A stretch of 38,845 bases of DNA. Source: a bacterium. GTDB lineage: Bacteria; Patescibacteriota; Saccharimonadia; Saccharimonadales; Saccharimonadaceae. A program made the position numbers and the translations under genes. The notes beneath the pieces were generated by a model. The model made no database searches, was not told where the DNA came from, and worked only from the letters and a program-made list of their open reading frames with translations. Of this stretch, positions 27,220-35,951 are shown in pieces. Positions within the stretch are counted from its first letter, which is position 1, and every line of letters begins with the position of its first letter. The stretch lies in NCBI GenBank assembly GCA_021780305.1, contig JAJXYZ010000042.1, positions 1-38,845 on the forward strand, given 5' to 3'.

Positions 27220-28185
27220 ATGGCAATACCGGTGATTGTAACAATTGGCAAGGCGACACAGGATGTTTTTTTGCTAAGCTCAAAATCATTTGTTCCGCAA
27301 ATTCATAAGGGTGTTTTATATGAGCAGTTGCCGCTTGGTCAAAAGCTGGATTTAGACGAAGTTGTTTTTACAACCGGCGGAAATGTTACTAATGCTGCGG
27401 TAACTTTTGCTCGGCAGAGTCTGCACAGTCAATATGTCTGGGCGATTGGCACAGACGTGGCTAGCAAGACTATTCTAAGTGATTTAGATAGTGAGGGCGT
27501 TGATACGAGCTGTGTTGTTCAGGACGAATCATATCGGTCGAGCTACTCGGTAATTTTACTTGCCAGTAGTGGCGAGCGTACAATTCTAAACTACCATGGC
27601 ACAAAACTGTTAAGCGACGGTAGTTTACTTGATTTATCTGTTTTAAAAAAGGCTGACTGGGTATATTTATCAGCGTTAGGCGACATGGCGCTACTTGAAA
27701 TGATTATTAGCAGTTGTGTTGATCACGGTGTTAAAGTGATGCTAAATCCGGCAAGCTCGGAGTTGAATGAAATCGAAAAATTAAAAACTCTTTTAGAAGA
27801 TGTTGAAATTTTGATTGTCAATAAAGAAGAAGCTCAGCAGATTGTTGAAGGACAAACTATCGAAGAGCTAGCCCGACATGCGACTAATTATTGCCCTGTG
27901 GCTATTGTCTCGGATGGTCCCAACGGTGCGGTTGTAACCGACAAAAAGACGATAATAAATGTCGGTATGTATGAGGATGTGCCGGTGGTTGATCGCACTG
28001 GTGGTGGTGACGCTTTTGGTTCGGGCTTTTTAAGCTATTGGTCCCAGGGCAAATCGCTCAAGGAGTCGATTATTTTTGCAAGTGCCAATTCGACATCAGT
28101 GGTTGGTAAAATTGGCGCCAAAGCCGGCATTTTACAGCGCGGCGCAAAGCTTCACGATATGCCTTTAACAGAGGAAGATTTTTAA
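27220..28185 (+). CDS. PfkB/ribokinase-family carbohydrate kinase (1)
   Basis: GGNVTNAA, GERTI, N.EEA, DRTGGGDAF; ATG 27220 directly after the fba stop. Confidence 0.92.
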   Translation: MAIPVIVTIGKATQDVFLLSSKSFVPQIHKGVLYEQLPLGQKLDLDEVVFTTGGNVTNAAVTFARQSLHSQYVWAIGTDVASKTILSDLDSEGVDTSCVVQDESYRSSYSVILLASSGERTILNYHGTKLLSDGSLLDLSVLKKADWVYLSALGDMALLEMIISSCVDHGVKVMLNPASSELNEIEKLKTLLEDVEILIVNKEEAQQIVEGQTIEELARHATNYCPVAIVSDGPNGAVVTDKKTIINVGMYEDVPVVDRTGGGDAFGSGFLSYWSQGKSLKESIIFASANSTSVVGKIGAKAGILQRGAKLHDMPLTEEDF

Positions 28186-28188
28186 AAA

Positions 28189-29697
28189 ATGGCAAAGTTT
28201 TTACAGCAGTTATTAAAAATTAATGAGCCAACGTTTAGTGTTGGTATGTCTCAGCTCGAAAAAGCGACCGGTTCTAGCGGTGTTGATACCCGCTTAATTG
28301 CTGATATTACTCATAAGGCGCACGATATTATGAGGCATCTTGGGTTAGACCCGGCCGATAGTACGGGTCGCGAACTTTATCAAGCACTAGTTAGTAGCGT
28401 TAAGCGCGGGACTTTCGAGAAACTGTTAGTTAATGCTGACTACGTCATGATGTCATTTGTCGGTGAACCTGTCTCATTTAACTTGATAGACGTAATTGAG
28501 AATGCGCATCACGAACTGACGTTCGAGCAAAGAATAATGAGCCATGGCCAACGTAGCCTACGTGGCGAAATAGTGCAGCGTTACTTGCAACATTCTAGCG
28601 TTGACGAGAGTGTGACGCTTGATGTTGCTAGTGAAACCGGTCTACTGCCAGAGACCGATAAATTGTACAAAGAATCAGAAGCGATATTTAAAGAGTCTGC
28701 GTCAGACACGCCTAGTGTTTTAGCGATTGGCGATATCTTTACAGACGCTTTTATTAAATTACGTGAAGATAAGGCGCGAATTGATACAGACCCAGACGGC
28801 AGTAAACGTCTGAGTATGGAATTTGGCTCAAAACCACCATATGAACAAGTTGATATAGTTCAAGCAGTTGGGCCATCGCCTAATGCGGCGGTTTCACTTA
28901 GTCGATTAGGGCTTAGGGTCGGGCTATTAGCCTTTCTGGGTGATGATCAACCCGGCAAAGATTCACTCACTAAACTACAGTCCGAGGGCGTTGATACAAG
29001 TATTATGTCGATTAAGCAGGGCATGAAATCGAACTATTATTATGTTCTGCGCTATGGAGCTGACCGTACGATATTAGTCAAGAACGAAAATTACGACTAT
29101 GTCTGGCGTGAACCAAGAGAGGTACCGGATTGGATATATCTATCATTGATTAGCGCCGCGTCATGGCAGCTACACGAAGATTTGTTGACATATCTGGAAG
29201 CTCATCCAGCAACGAAATTAGCGTTTCAGCCTGGAACTTTCCATTTTGAATGGGGTATCGATAAGCTGAGTCGCGTCTATAAACGTAGTTATATTGTGGT
29301 AATGAACCGTGAAGAAGCTGCCTTAGTTACCGGTAAAACTACTGAATCGGTGCGTGATTTAGCGCTTGCTCTCCACGAATTAGGTCCGCAAATTGTCGTC
29401 ATTACCGACGGTCCGGCAGGCTCTTATGTGTCGGGCGATTATAAGTTTTTGTCGATGCCAAATTATCCCGACCCAGCACCACCATACGACCGTACTGGGG
29501 CGGGCGACGCCTTTGCTTCGACAATCGTAGCGGCTTTGGCTTTGGGCGAAAGTCTCGAGACGGCTATGACGTGGGCCCCAATAAATTCAATGAGTGTTGT
29601 CCAAAAGTTAGGTGCTCAGGCTGGTTTACTAAATGCTACAGAGCTGAAGTCATACCTAAACAAAGCCCCCGACGACTATAAGATTAAGGAGTTATAA
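28189..29697 (+). CDS. PfkB-family carbohydrate kinase (2) with about 175-aa N-terminal domain of unknown function
   Basis: Kinase domain from about residue 175 (VLAIGD, NAAVSLSRLG, NREEA, TDG..G, DRTGAGDAF). Confidence 0.9.
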   Translation: MAKFLQQLLKINEPTFSVGMSQLEKATGSSGVDTRLIADITHKAHDIMRHLGLDPADSTGRELYQALVSSVKRGTFEKLLVNADYVMMSFVGEPVSFNLIDVIENAHHELTFEQRIMSHGQRSLRGEIVQRYLQHSSVDESVTLDVASETGLLPETDKLYKESEAIFKESASDTPSVLAIGDIFTDAFIKLREDKARIDTDPDGSKRLSMEFGSKPPYEQVDIVQAVGPSPNAAVSLSRLGLRVGLLAFLGDDQPGKDSLTKLQSEGVDTSIMSIKQGMKSNYYYVLRYGADRTILVKNENYDYVWREPREVPDWIYLSLISAASWQLHEDLLTYLEAHPATKLAFQPGTFHFEWGIDKLSRVYKRSYIVVMNREEAALVTGKTTESVRDLALALHELGPQIVVITDGPAGSYVSGDYKFLSMPNYPDPAPPYDRTGAGDAFASTIVAALALGESLETAMTWAPINSMSVVQKLGAQAGLLNATELKSYLNKAPDDYKIKEL

Positions 29698-29699
29698 AA

Positions 29700-30308
29700 G
29701 TGAGATATCAAATTTGTGTTTCTGGAGCAGCATCGGGCAGTACAGTCCAAGCTGCCCATCAATTAGCCTTTGATCTTGGTAAAGCAGTCGCTTCACGCGG
29801 CAAGACATTGATGACTGGCGCAACTGTCGGTTTACCGTGGTATGCCGCCAAAGGTGCCTTTAGCGTTGAGGGAAAACGAGGCATGTCAGTTGGTTTTTCG
29901 CCGGCGACATCTTTTCGCGAGCACGTAACGGTTTATAAGTTGCCAACTGTTGAGTTTGACTACATTAACTTTACGAGTATGGAATACGTTGGTCGTGATG
30001 TTCACTTGGTTCGCAGTAGCGATGCTGTTATTACAGTTGGTGGTCGTATGGGTAGTTTGCACGAATTCGCGACAGCATTAGAGAGTAAGAAGGTTTGTGG
30101 TGTCCTGCTTGGCAGTGGCGGCCTGGCTGATTATATTCCAACCTTATTAAAAAATGTCGAAGCGCCCGGTGCCAATGAAGTTATTTATGATACCGACCCC
30201 GATCGCTTGGTTCAAAAGGTAATTGATGCTTTAGACAAAAAATATATCGGATTTGAATACTATCCCGATGACCGTCATATTTCTGAAAACCGGTCTGGGA
30301 ACGGCTGA
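29700..30308 (+). CDS. LOG/SLOG-family protein (putative nucleotide phosphoribohydrolase)
   Basis: ICVSGA, LMTGA..G, GR..LVRSSDAVI.VGG.MGSLHE. Confidence 0.8.
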   Translation: MRYQICVSGAASGSTVQAAHQLAFDLGKAVASRGKTLMTGATVGLPWYAAKGAFSVEGKRGMSVGFSPATSFREHVTVYKLPTVEFDYINFTSMEYVGRDVHLVRSSDAVITVGGRMGSLHEFATALESKKVCGVLLGSGGLADYIPTLLKNVEAPGANEVIYDTDPDRLVQKVIDALDKKYIGFEYYPDDRHISENRSGNG

Positions 30309-30353
30309 ACTTCTAAATAGCCGACTTATCCAGATACGCTATAATAAGTATTG

Positions 30354-32336
30354 ATGAGTCAACAATTTCGCCTGGAAACGCCATATCAGCCGACTGGCGA
30401 TCAACCAACGGCTATCCGTCAACTAATTGACGGGCTTGATAAAGGTGAACGTGAGCAGACTTTACTTGGAGTTACCGGTAGCGGAAAAACCTTTACGATG
30501 GCGAATATTATTGCTAATCGTCAGGTTCCGACATTAGTTTTGGCGCACAATAAAACCCTGGCCGCCCAGCTTTATAGCGAGTTCAAGGCCTATTTTCCAG
30601 ACAACGAAGTTCATTATTTTGTGAGTTACTTTGATTACTACCAACCAGAAGCCTATATGGCTAGCAGTGATACGTATATTGAAAAAGACAGCAAGATTAA
30701 CGACGAAATTGACCGGTTGCGTCACGCCGCCACGATGGCTTTACTGACTCGGCGCGATACAATTATCGTGGCCAGCGTAAGCTGTATTTATGGTATTGGT
30801 TCGCCCGAGGACTACTCGGCGATGTCGATTACAGTTAAGTTAAATGAGCGTCGTCAGCAGGACAAGTTTATTCGCCTGTTAACCGACATTCAGTATCAAC
30901 GAAATGATATTGATTTTCACCGTGGAACATTTCGCGTTAAAGGTGACGTCGTGGATGTTTTTCCGGCTGGTAGTGATATCGCTTATCGAATTGCATTTTT
31001 TGGCGATGAGGTAGAGCGAATTACCCGAATGGATCCGCTGACTGGTGAAATCTTGGCTGAACCAAATGAAGTTAGTATCTTTCCAAGCAGCCATTATGTT
31101 ACACCCAAAGAGAAGCTGGTGGTCGCAATCGAGAATATTAAAAAAGAGTTTGCCGAGCGTCTGGAGTGGTTTGAAAAGAACGATAAGCTACTCGAAGCCC
31201 AACGTCTGGCCCAGCGAACTAAATACGATTTAGAGATGCTGGAAGAAACTGGTTTTGTCAAAGGTATTGAAAATTATAGTCGTTATCTGACAAATCGCGA
31301 ACCAGGTGAACAACCGGCGACACTGCTTGATTACTTCCCTGATGATTTTATGTTGATGGTTGACGAAAGTCATATGACTTTGCCGCAAGTTCGCGGTATG
31401 TATAACGGTGATCGCGCTCGTAAGGAAGTCTTGGTAGATTATGGTTTCAGGTTGCCATCGGCGCTTGATAATCGGCCGCTAACATTTTCGGAGTTTGATC
31501 GTCATATTAATAAAGCTATTTACGTCTCGGCGACACCCGGTGATTATGAACTGGCGCATAGTCCTGAACCAGCACAACAAGTAATTCGTCCAACTGGTTT
31601 AATTGATCCGGAAATTATCGTACGGCCAACTACAGGCCAAATCGATGATTTGGTGGCTGAAATCCGTGATCGCACTGCCAAAAACCAGCGCGTGCTAGTC
31701 ACTACACTAACCAAGCGGATGGCAGAAGACCTTACGACGTACCTGCAGGAAATTGATATCAAAACGGCTTATATTCATAGTGATGTTGATACCTTGGAGC
31801 GCGGCGATATATTAAAAGATTTGCGTCTTGGTGTTTACGACGTGTTAGTCGGTATAAATCTGCTGCGTGAAGGGCTGGATTTGCCCGAAGTCAGCTTAGT
31901 GGCTATTATGGATGCCGATAAAGAAGGATTCCTAAGGAGTGCTAATGCTCTGATTCAGACGATTGGCCGAGCCGCTCGTCATCTTGATGGTCAAGTTCTG
32001 ATGTACGCTGACAAGATGACCGATTCAATGAAGAAAGCGATTAGCGAGACTGATCGACGCCGTGGTATTCAGACGGCCTATAACAAGGAGCATAATATTA
32101 CGCCTGAAAGCATCGCAAAGGGTATTGATGAGGGTCTACGATCATTAATTCCGAAGAAGGCCGATGATTCGAAAAGACTTAATCTTAAAAAGATTCCACG
32201 CGATGAGTATCCAGCACTTGTTAAGGAATTAACCGGACAAATGGAATTTGCCAGTGCTAATTTAGAGTTTGAAAAAGCTGCCGAACTACGCGATCTAATC
32301 GCCGAAATCAATCAAAAGATTACCTCCCCAAAATAA
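30354..32336 (+). CDS. uvrB: excinuclease ABC subunit B
   Basis: [21 protein letters not shown] motif, [21 protein letters not shown]-terminal UVR motif. Confidence 0.98.
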   Translation: MSQQFRLETPYQPTGDQPTAIRQLIDGLDKGEREQTLLGVTGSGKTFTMANIIANRQVPTLVLAHNKTLAAQLYSEFKAYFPDNEVHYFVSYFDYYQPEAYMASSDTYIEKDSKINDEIDRLRHAATMALLTRRDTIIVASVSCIYGIGSPEDYSAMSITVKLNERRQQDKFIRLLTDIQYQRNDIDFHRGTFRVKGDVVDVFPAGSDIAYRIAFFGDEVERITRMDPLTGEILAEPNEVSIFPSSHYVTPKEKLVVAIENIKKEFAERLEWFEKNDKLLEAQRLAQRTKYDLEMLEETGFVKGIENYSRYLTNREPGEQPATLLDYFPDDFMLMVDESHMTLPQVRGMYNGDRARKEVLVDYGFRLPSALDNRPLTFSEFDRHINKAIYVSATPGDYELAHSPEPAQQVIRPTGLIDPEIIVRPTTGQIDDLVAEIRDRTAKNQRVLVTTLTKRMAEDLTTYLQEIDIKTAYIHSDVDTLERGDILKDLRLGVYDVLVGINLLREGLDLPEVSLVAIMDADKEGFLRSANALIQTIGRAARHLDGQVLMYADKMTDSMKKAISETDRRRGIQTAYNKEHNITPESIAKGIDEGLRSLIPKKADDSKRLNLKKIPRDEYPALVKELTGQMEFASANLEFEKAAELRDLIAEINQKITSPK

Positions 32337-32373
32337 ACTCAGGCTACGACAAAAACATAACCAGTTTTTACTA

Positions 32374-32402
32374 TTGCAAAATAACGACAACTATGCTATT
32401 AT
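32374..32402 (+). promoter_or_regulatory. sigma70-like promoter of the DEAD-box helicase gene
   Basis: TTGCAA-17 nt-TATTAT with extended TG. Confidence 0.65.
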
Positions 32403-32408
32403 TTGTAT

Positions 32409-32564
32409 ATTGCATTCAATGAATGTCGAGTCTCTTTCGAAGATGTAGCGCCATACGAAAATAAAAATGCGCTTCCACTGAAATATCCCCTCGCTGTTCT
32501 GCCTCGCTTATATGGTGAGCTATAAGACTGCAAAACAGCAAACTAAACGAAAGGCCTATTTTTT
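32409..32564 (+). promoter_or_regulatory. long structured 5' leader, candidate cis-regulatory RNA
   Basis: About 155 nt between the inferred TSS and the ATG, with several complementary stems. Confidence 0.5.
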
Positions 32565-33797
32565 ATGGCATATCAACAACGACGCTTCGGCGGTTCTAGT
32601 AATTCACGTCCCAGCGGTGGAAGCCGCGGCGGCTCTTTTGGCGGTGCTCGTCGAGGCGGTGGTTCACGTGGACCAGCTAAGAAGTACATTCACCCAAGTA
32701 AATTCATCAACAAGGCAACCTCAAAGGCTGACGAAGTTGTCTATGAATCAACCAATAAGTTTATCGACTTCCCGTTCGGTAACCAACTTAGTAACAACAT
32801 TATTAAAAAAGGTTACGAAATCCCAAGTGCGATTCAGGACCAAGCGATTCCTCATATTCTTGAAGGTAAAGATGTTATTGGTCTAGCCAACACTGGTACC
32901 GGTAAAACAGCTGCCTTCTTACTTCCGATTATCGAACGTCAAACTGGTGTTAATCTACGCCCAAGCGTACTGATTATTGCCCCAACCCGCGAGCTTGCCC
33001 AGCAAATTGATGAAGAGTTCCGTGCTTTCGCACAGGGCCTTGATCTTTACTCAGCGCTTATTGTTGGTGGCGTTAGCGTCGATCGTCAAATCCGCGATTT
33101 GAAGCGTCGTCCACACTTTATCATTGGTACGCCAGGCCGCTTGAAGGATCTTATGAATCGTCGTTTGATTCGCCTTGATAGTGTCAATACTTTGGTGCTT
33201 GATGAGGCTGACCGCATGCTTGATATGGGCTTCTTGCCTGATATCCGTGCGATTGTTAACGAAATGCCGGTTGAACGTCAGACGCTATTTTTCAGCGCGA
33301 CAATTACGCCCGAGATTCAGATGTTAGTTAATACTTTCTTAAAGAATCCAGTTACAATATCGGTTCGAACTAGTGAAACTAACGAACACATCGAACAAAC
33401 TGTTATTGAAGCCCGTGACAAGAACCACAAAGTTGAGCTGTTAACTGAAATGCTTCGTGGCAAAGATTACGAAAAAGTTTTGGTCTTTGGTGAAACTAAA
33501 TTTGGCGTCCAACGCCTTAGCGACCACCTTGATAACAGTGGTATTCCATCAGTTGCGATTCATGGTAACAAGAATCAATCACAGCGCCAACGTGCTTTAA
33601 AGCAATTTAAAGACGAACGTGTCCGCGTGATGGTGGCAACCGATGTGGCGGCTCGTGGACTTGATATTCCAAACGTATCGCATGTTATTAACTTTGACAC
33701 TCCTCAAAACTACGAGGACTACATTCACCGCATCGGCCGAACCGGTCGAGCTGGCGCAAGTGGCAAAGCTCATACATTTATCGATATCCAGCGCTAA
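32565..33797 (+). CDS. DEAD-box RNA helicase with N-terminal RGG-rich tail
   Basis: Q motif, TGTGKT, PTRELA, TPGR, DEAD, SAT, ARGLD, HRIGRTGR. Confidence 0.97.
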   Translation: MAYQQRRFGGSSNSRPSGGSRGGSFGGARRGGGSRGPAKKYIHPSKFINKATSKADEVVYESTNKFIDFPFGNQLSNNIIKKGYEIPSAIQDQAIPHILEGKDVIGLANTGTGKTAAFLLPIIERQTGVNLRPSVLIIAPTRELAQQIDEEFRAFAQGLDLYSALIVGGVSVDRQIRDLKRRPHFIIGTPGRLKDLMNRRLIRLDSVNTLVLDEADRMLDMGFLPDIRAIVNEMPVERQTLFFSATITPEIQMLVNTFLKNPVTISVRTSETNEHIEQTVIEARDKNHKVELLTEMLRGKDYEKVLVFGETKFGVQRLSDHLDNSGIPSVAIHGNKNQSQRQRALKQFKDERVRVMVATDVAARGLDIPNVSHVINFDTPQNYEDYIHRIGRTGRAGASGKAHTFIDIQR

Positions 33798-33816
33798 AGA
33801 CGTATTATTGATATTT

Positions 33817-33855
33817 AAAACATAGCCTCCATCAAGGGGCTATGTTTTTGTTTTT
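33817..33855 (+). terminator. intrinsic terminator
   Basis: AAAACATAGCCTC-CATCAA-GGGGCTATGTTTT followed by T-rich tail. Confidence 0.85.
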
Positions 33856-33873
33856 GTAGGGTATAATAGAGTG

Positions 33874-34164
33874 ATGACAGATATATCGCGTGATGATGTG
33901 CAGCATCTTGCACAGCTAAGTAGTTTAGCGCTTAGTGACCAGGAAATTGATGATTTAAGAATTGATATCGGTAATATTTTAGGTTACATCAATCAGTTGA
34001 GTGAGCTTGATACCACTGGAGTTGAGCCAACTTATCAGGTGAGCGGTTTGGAAAATGTCTGGCGCGAGGATAAAATTGATGATTATGGCCTAGGTCGCGA
34101 TGAGTTGCTAGCACTAGCGCCTGAATCAGCTAATGGCCAAATTAAGGTGCCAAAGGTTTTATAA
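33874..34164 (+). CDS. gatC: Asp/Glu-tRNA amidotransferase subunit C
   Basis: V.HLA.LS.L, LDT.GVEPT, WRED, KVPKVL. Confidence 0.93.
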   Translation: MTDISRDDVQHLAQLSSLALSDQEIDDLRIDIGNILGYINQLSELDTTGVEPTYQVSGLENVWREDKIDDYGLGRDELLALAPESANGQIKVPKVL

Positions 34165-35535
34165 ATGACTAAAATTGCTGATTATATTTCAAAAAGTGCT
34201 CGTCAGAACGTTTTAGAGGCCATTAAAAGGGCTAACGATAAAAATGAGTATCACGCACTACTAAGTTTAACTGAAGCCCGCGCTCTAGAGCGAGCCGATG
34301 CGGTTGATCGTGGGGAAATTTCCGGTCGCCTAGCCGGTGTACCGTTTGTTGTTAAAGATAATTTTTTAGCGTTTGGAGCGCCGACCACGGCCGCTAGTCG
34401 AATGCTCGAGGGGTTTAAATCGCCCTTGCAGGCAACGGCCGTTGAAAAATTAGAAGCGGAAGGTGCGATTTGTATCGGTAAAGCTAACCTAGACGCCTTC
34501 GCTCACGGTGGCAGTACCGAAAACTCAGCTTTTGGGCCAACCTTAAATGCCTATGATAAAACTAAGGTTGCGGGTGGTAGTAGTGGTGGTTCGGCAGTTG
34601 TGACGGCGCTGGATATTGTGCCATTTGCGCTTGGTAGCGATACTGGCGGTTCGATTCGTCAACCAGCGAGTTTTAACGGTGTAGTTGGTGTCAAGCCGAC
34701 TTACGGTACAGTTAGTCGTTACGGCGTGGTGGCGATGGCCAGCAGCACAGATACCATTGGCTGTTTTGCGACCGACGCGGCAGATGCTGAGCTAATTATG
34801 GATATTATGGCTGGTAAAGATGACAAGGACATGACAACTTTGCCGAATTTCTTTGAGCCAACTGCTATAAAGTCCGGCCTTAAAATTGGCCTAATCAAAG
34901 ATACGATGACCGATGATGTGGATGCCGATGTCAGGCAGGTTACTAGTGACTACGTGGCGCGCTTAAAAGCAGCTGGTCACGAAGTTTCCGATGTGGCAAT
35001 GCCAATTGCGCAGCATGCCCTTGCGATGTACTACATCATCGTACCGGCTGAAGTCAGTAGTAACTTGGCAAGATATGACGGTATTCGCTACGGTCATCGG
35101 GCCGAGGGGGTGACCAGCCTAGCTCAACTATATGGTAAAAGCCGTGATGAAGGTTTTGTAACCGAAAACAAGCGACGTATCATGATTGGTAGCTATGTTT
35201 TGTCGAGCGGTTTCTTTGACGCTTACTATTTACAAGCCCAAAAGGCTCGTACGCTATTAATTAACGAATTTGATAAATTATTTGAAGAGTATGATGTATT
35301 AATTGGACCAACAACTCCGACACCGGCTTTTGGGTTGGGTGAGAACACCGCTGATCCAGTCAAGATGTATCTGGCTGATATTATGACCGTGCCGGCATCG
35401 CTCGCGGGCTTACCAGCGATTAGTGTACCTGCCGGCAAAAGCGCGACTGGTTTACCAATTGGTGTTCAATTAGTTGGCCCACGCCGAAGTGATGCTGATT
35501 TATTAGCCTTAGCAAAATCAATGGAGACTGCATAA
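34165..35535 (+). CDS. gatA: Asp/Glu-tRNA amidotransferase subunit A
   Basis: VKDN, GGSSGGS, GSDTGGSIRQPA, SSNLARYDG, KRRIMIG. Confidence 0.97.
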   Translation: MTKIADYISKSARQNVLEAIKRANDKNEYHALLSLTEARALERADAVDRGEISGRLAGVPFVVKDNFLAFGAPTTAASRMLEGFKSPLQATAVEKLEAEGAICIGKANLDAFAHGGSTENSAFGPTLNAYDKTKVAGGSSGGSAVVTALDIVPFALGSDTGGSIRQPASFNGVVGVKPTYGTVSRYGVVAMASSTDTIGCFATDAADAELIMDIMAGKDDKDMTTLPNFFEPTAIKSGLKIGLIKDTMTDDVDADVRQVTSDYVARLKAAGHEVSDVAMPIAQHALAMYYIIVPAEVSSNLARYDGIRYGHRAEGVTSLAQLYGKSRDEGFVTENKRRIMIGSYVLSSGFFDAYYLQAQKARTLLINEFDKLFEEYDVLIGPTTPTPAFGLGENTADPVKMYLADIMTVPASLAGLPAISVPAGKSATGLPIGVQLVGPRRSDADLLALAKSMETA

Positions 35536-35951
35536 TGGACCAATCGATTATTTTTATGTTTGCCGCAATTATTATTGTCGGTGCGATGCTGTTTGGGATT
35601 ATTGGATTAACCAAGCAAGGCAAAAGATACTTAAATATCGACCAATATCGAATCAAGTGGATGGATATTGAACGTCGATTAAAGAGTGATGAGCCAAGTA
35701 GCTTTAAGTTGTGCGTTATGGATGCCGATAACTTGCTTGATAGAGCGCTTAAAGAACGTGGTTTTAAGGGACAGACAATGGGCGAGCGCATGCGCAGCGC
35801 TGCAAATAGTTTGTCAAATCGTAATGCTGTCTGGACGGCGCACAAGCTACGTAACCAAATTGCCCATGAAGACGTGTCTGTTAGTTACGACCAATCACGG
35901 ACGGCGCTGAGCGGCTTCAAACAAGCCTTAAAAGACCTAGGAGCCATCTAA
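35535..35951 (+). CDS. membrane-anchored helical protein with HEPN-like RxxxxH motif
   Basis: N-terminal TM; AD.LLD.AL, GERM, AHKLRNQIAHE; TAATG overlaps on both sides. Confidence 0.75.
   Translation: MDQSIIFMFAAIIIVGAMLFGIIGLTKQGKRYLNIDQYRIKWMDIERRLKSDEPSSFKLCVMDADNLLDRALKERGFKGQTMGERMRSAANSLSNRNAVWTAHKLRNQIAHEDVSVSYDQSRTALSGFKQALKDLGAI

Noticed and set aside
32512..32886. 124-aa alternative-frame ORF over the helicase 5' end
   Set aside because: Overlaps a clear gene, has no SD and no recognisable motif; likely a shadow frame.
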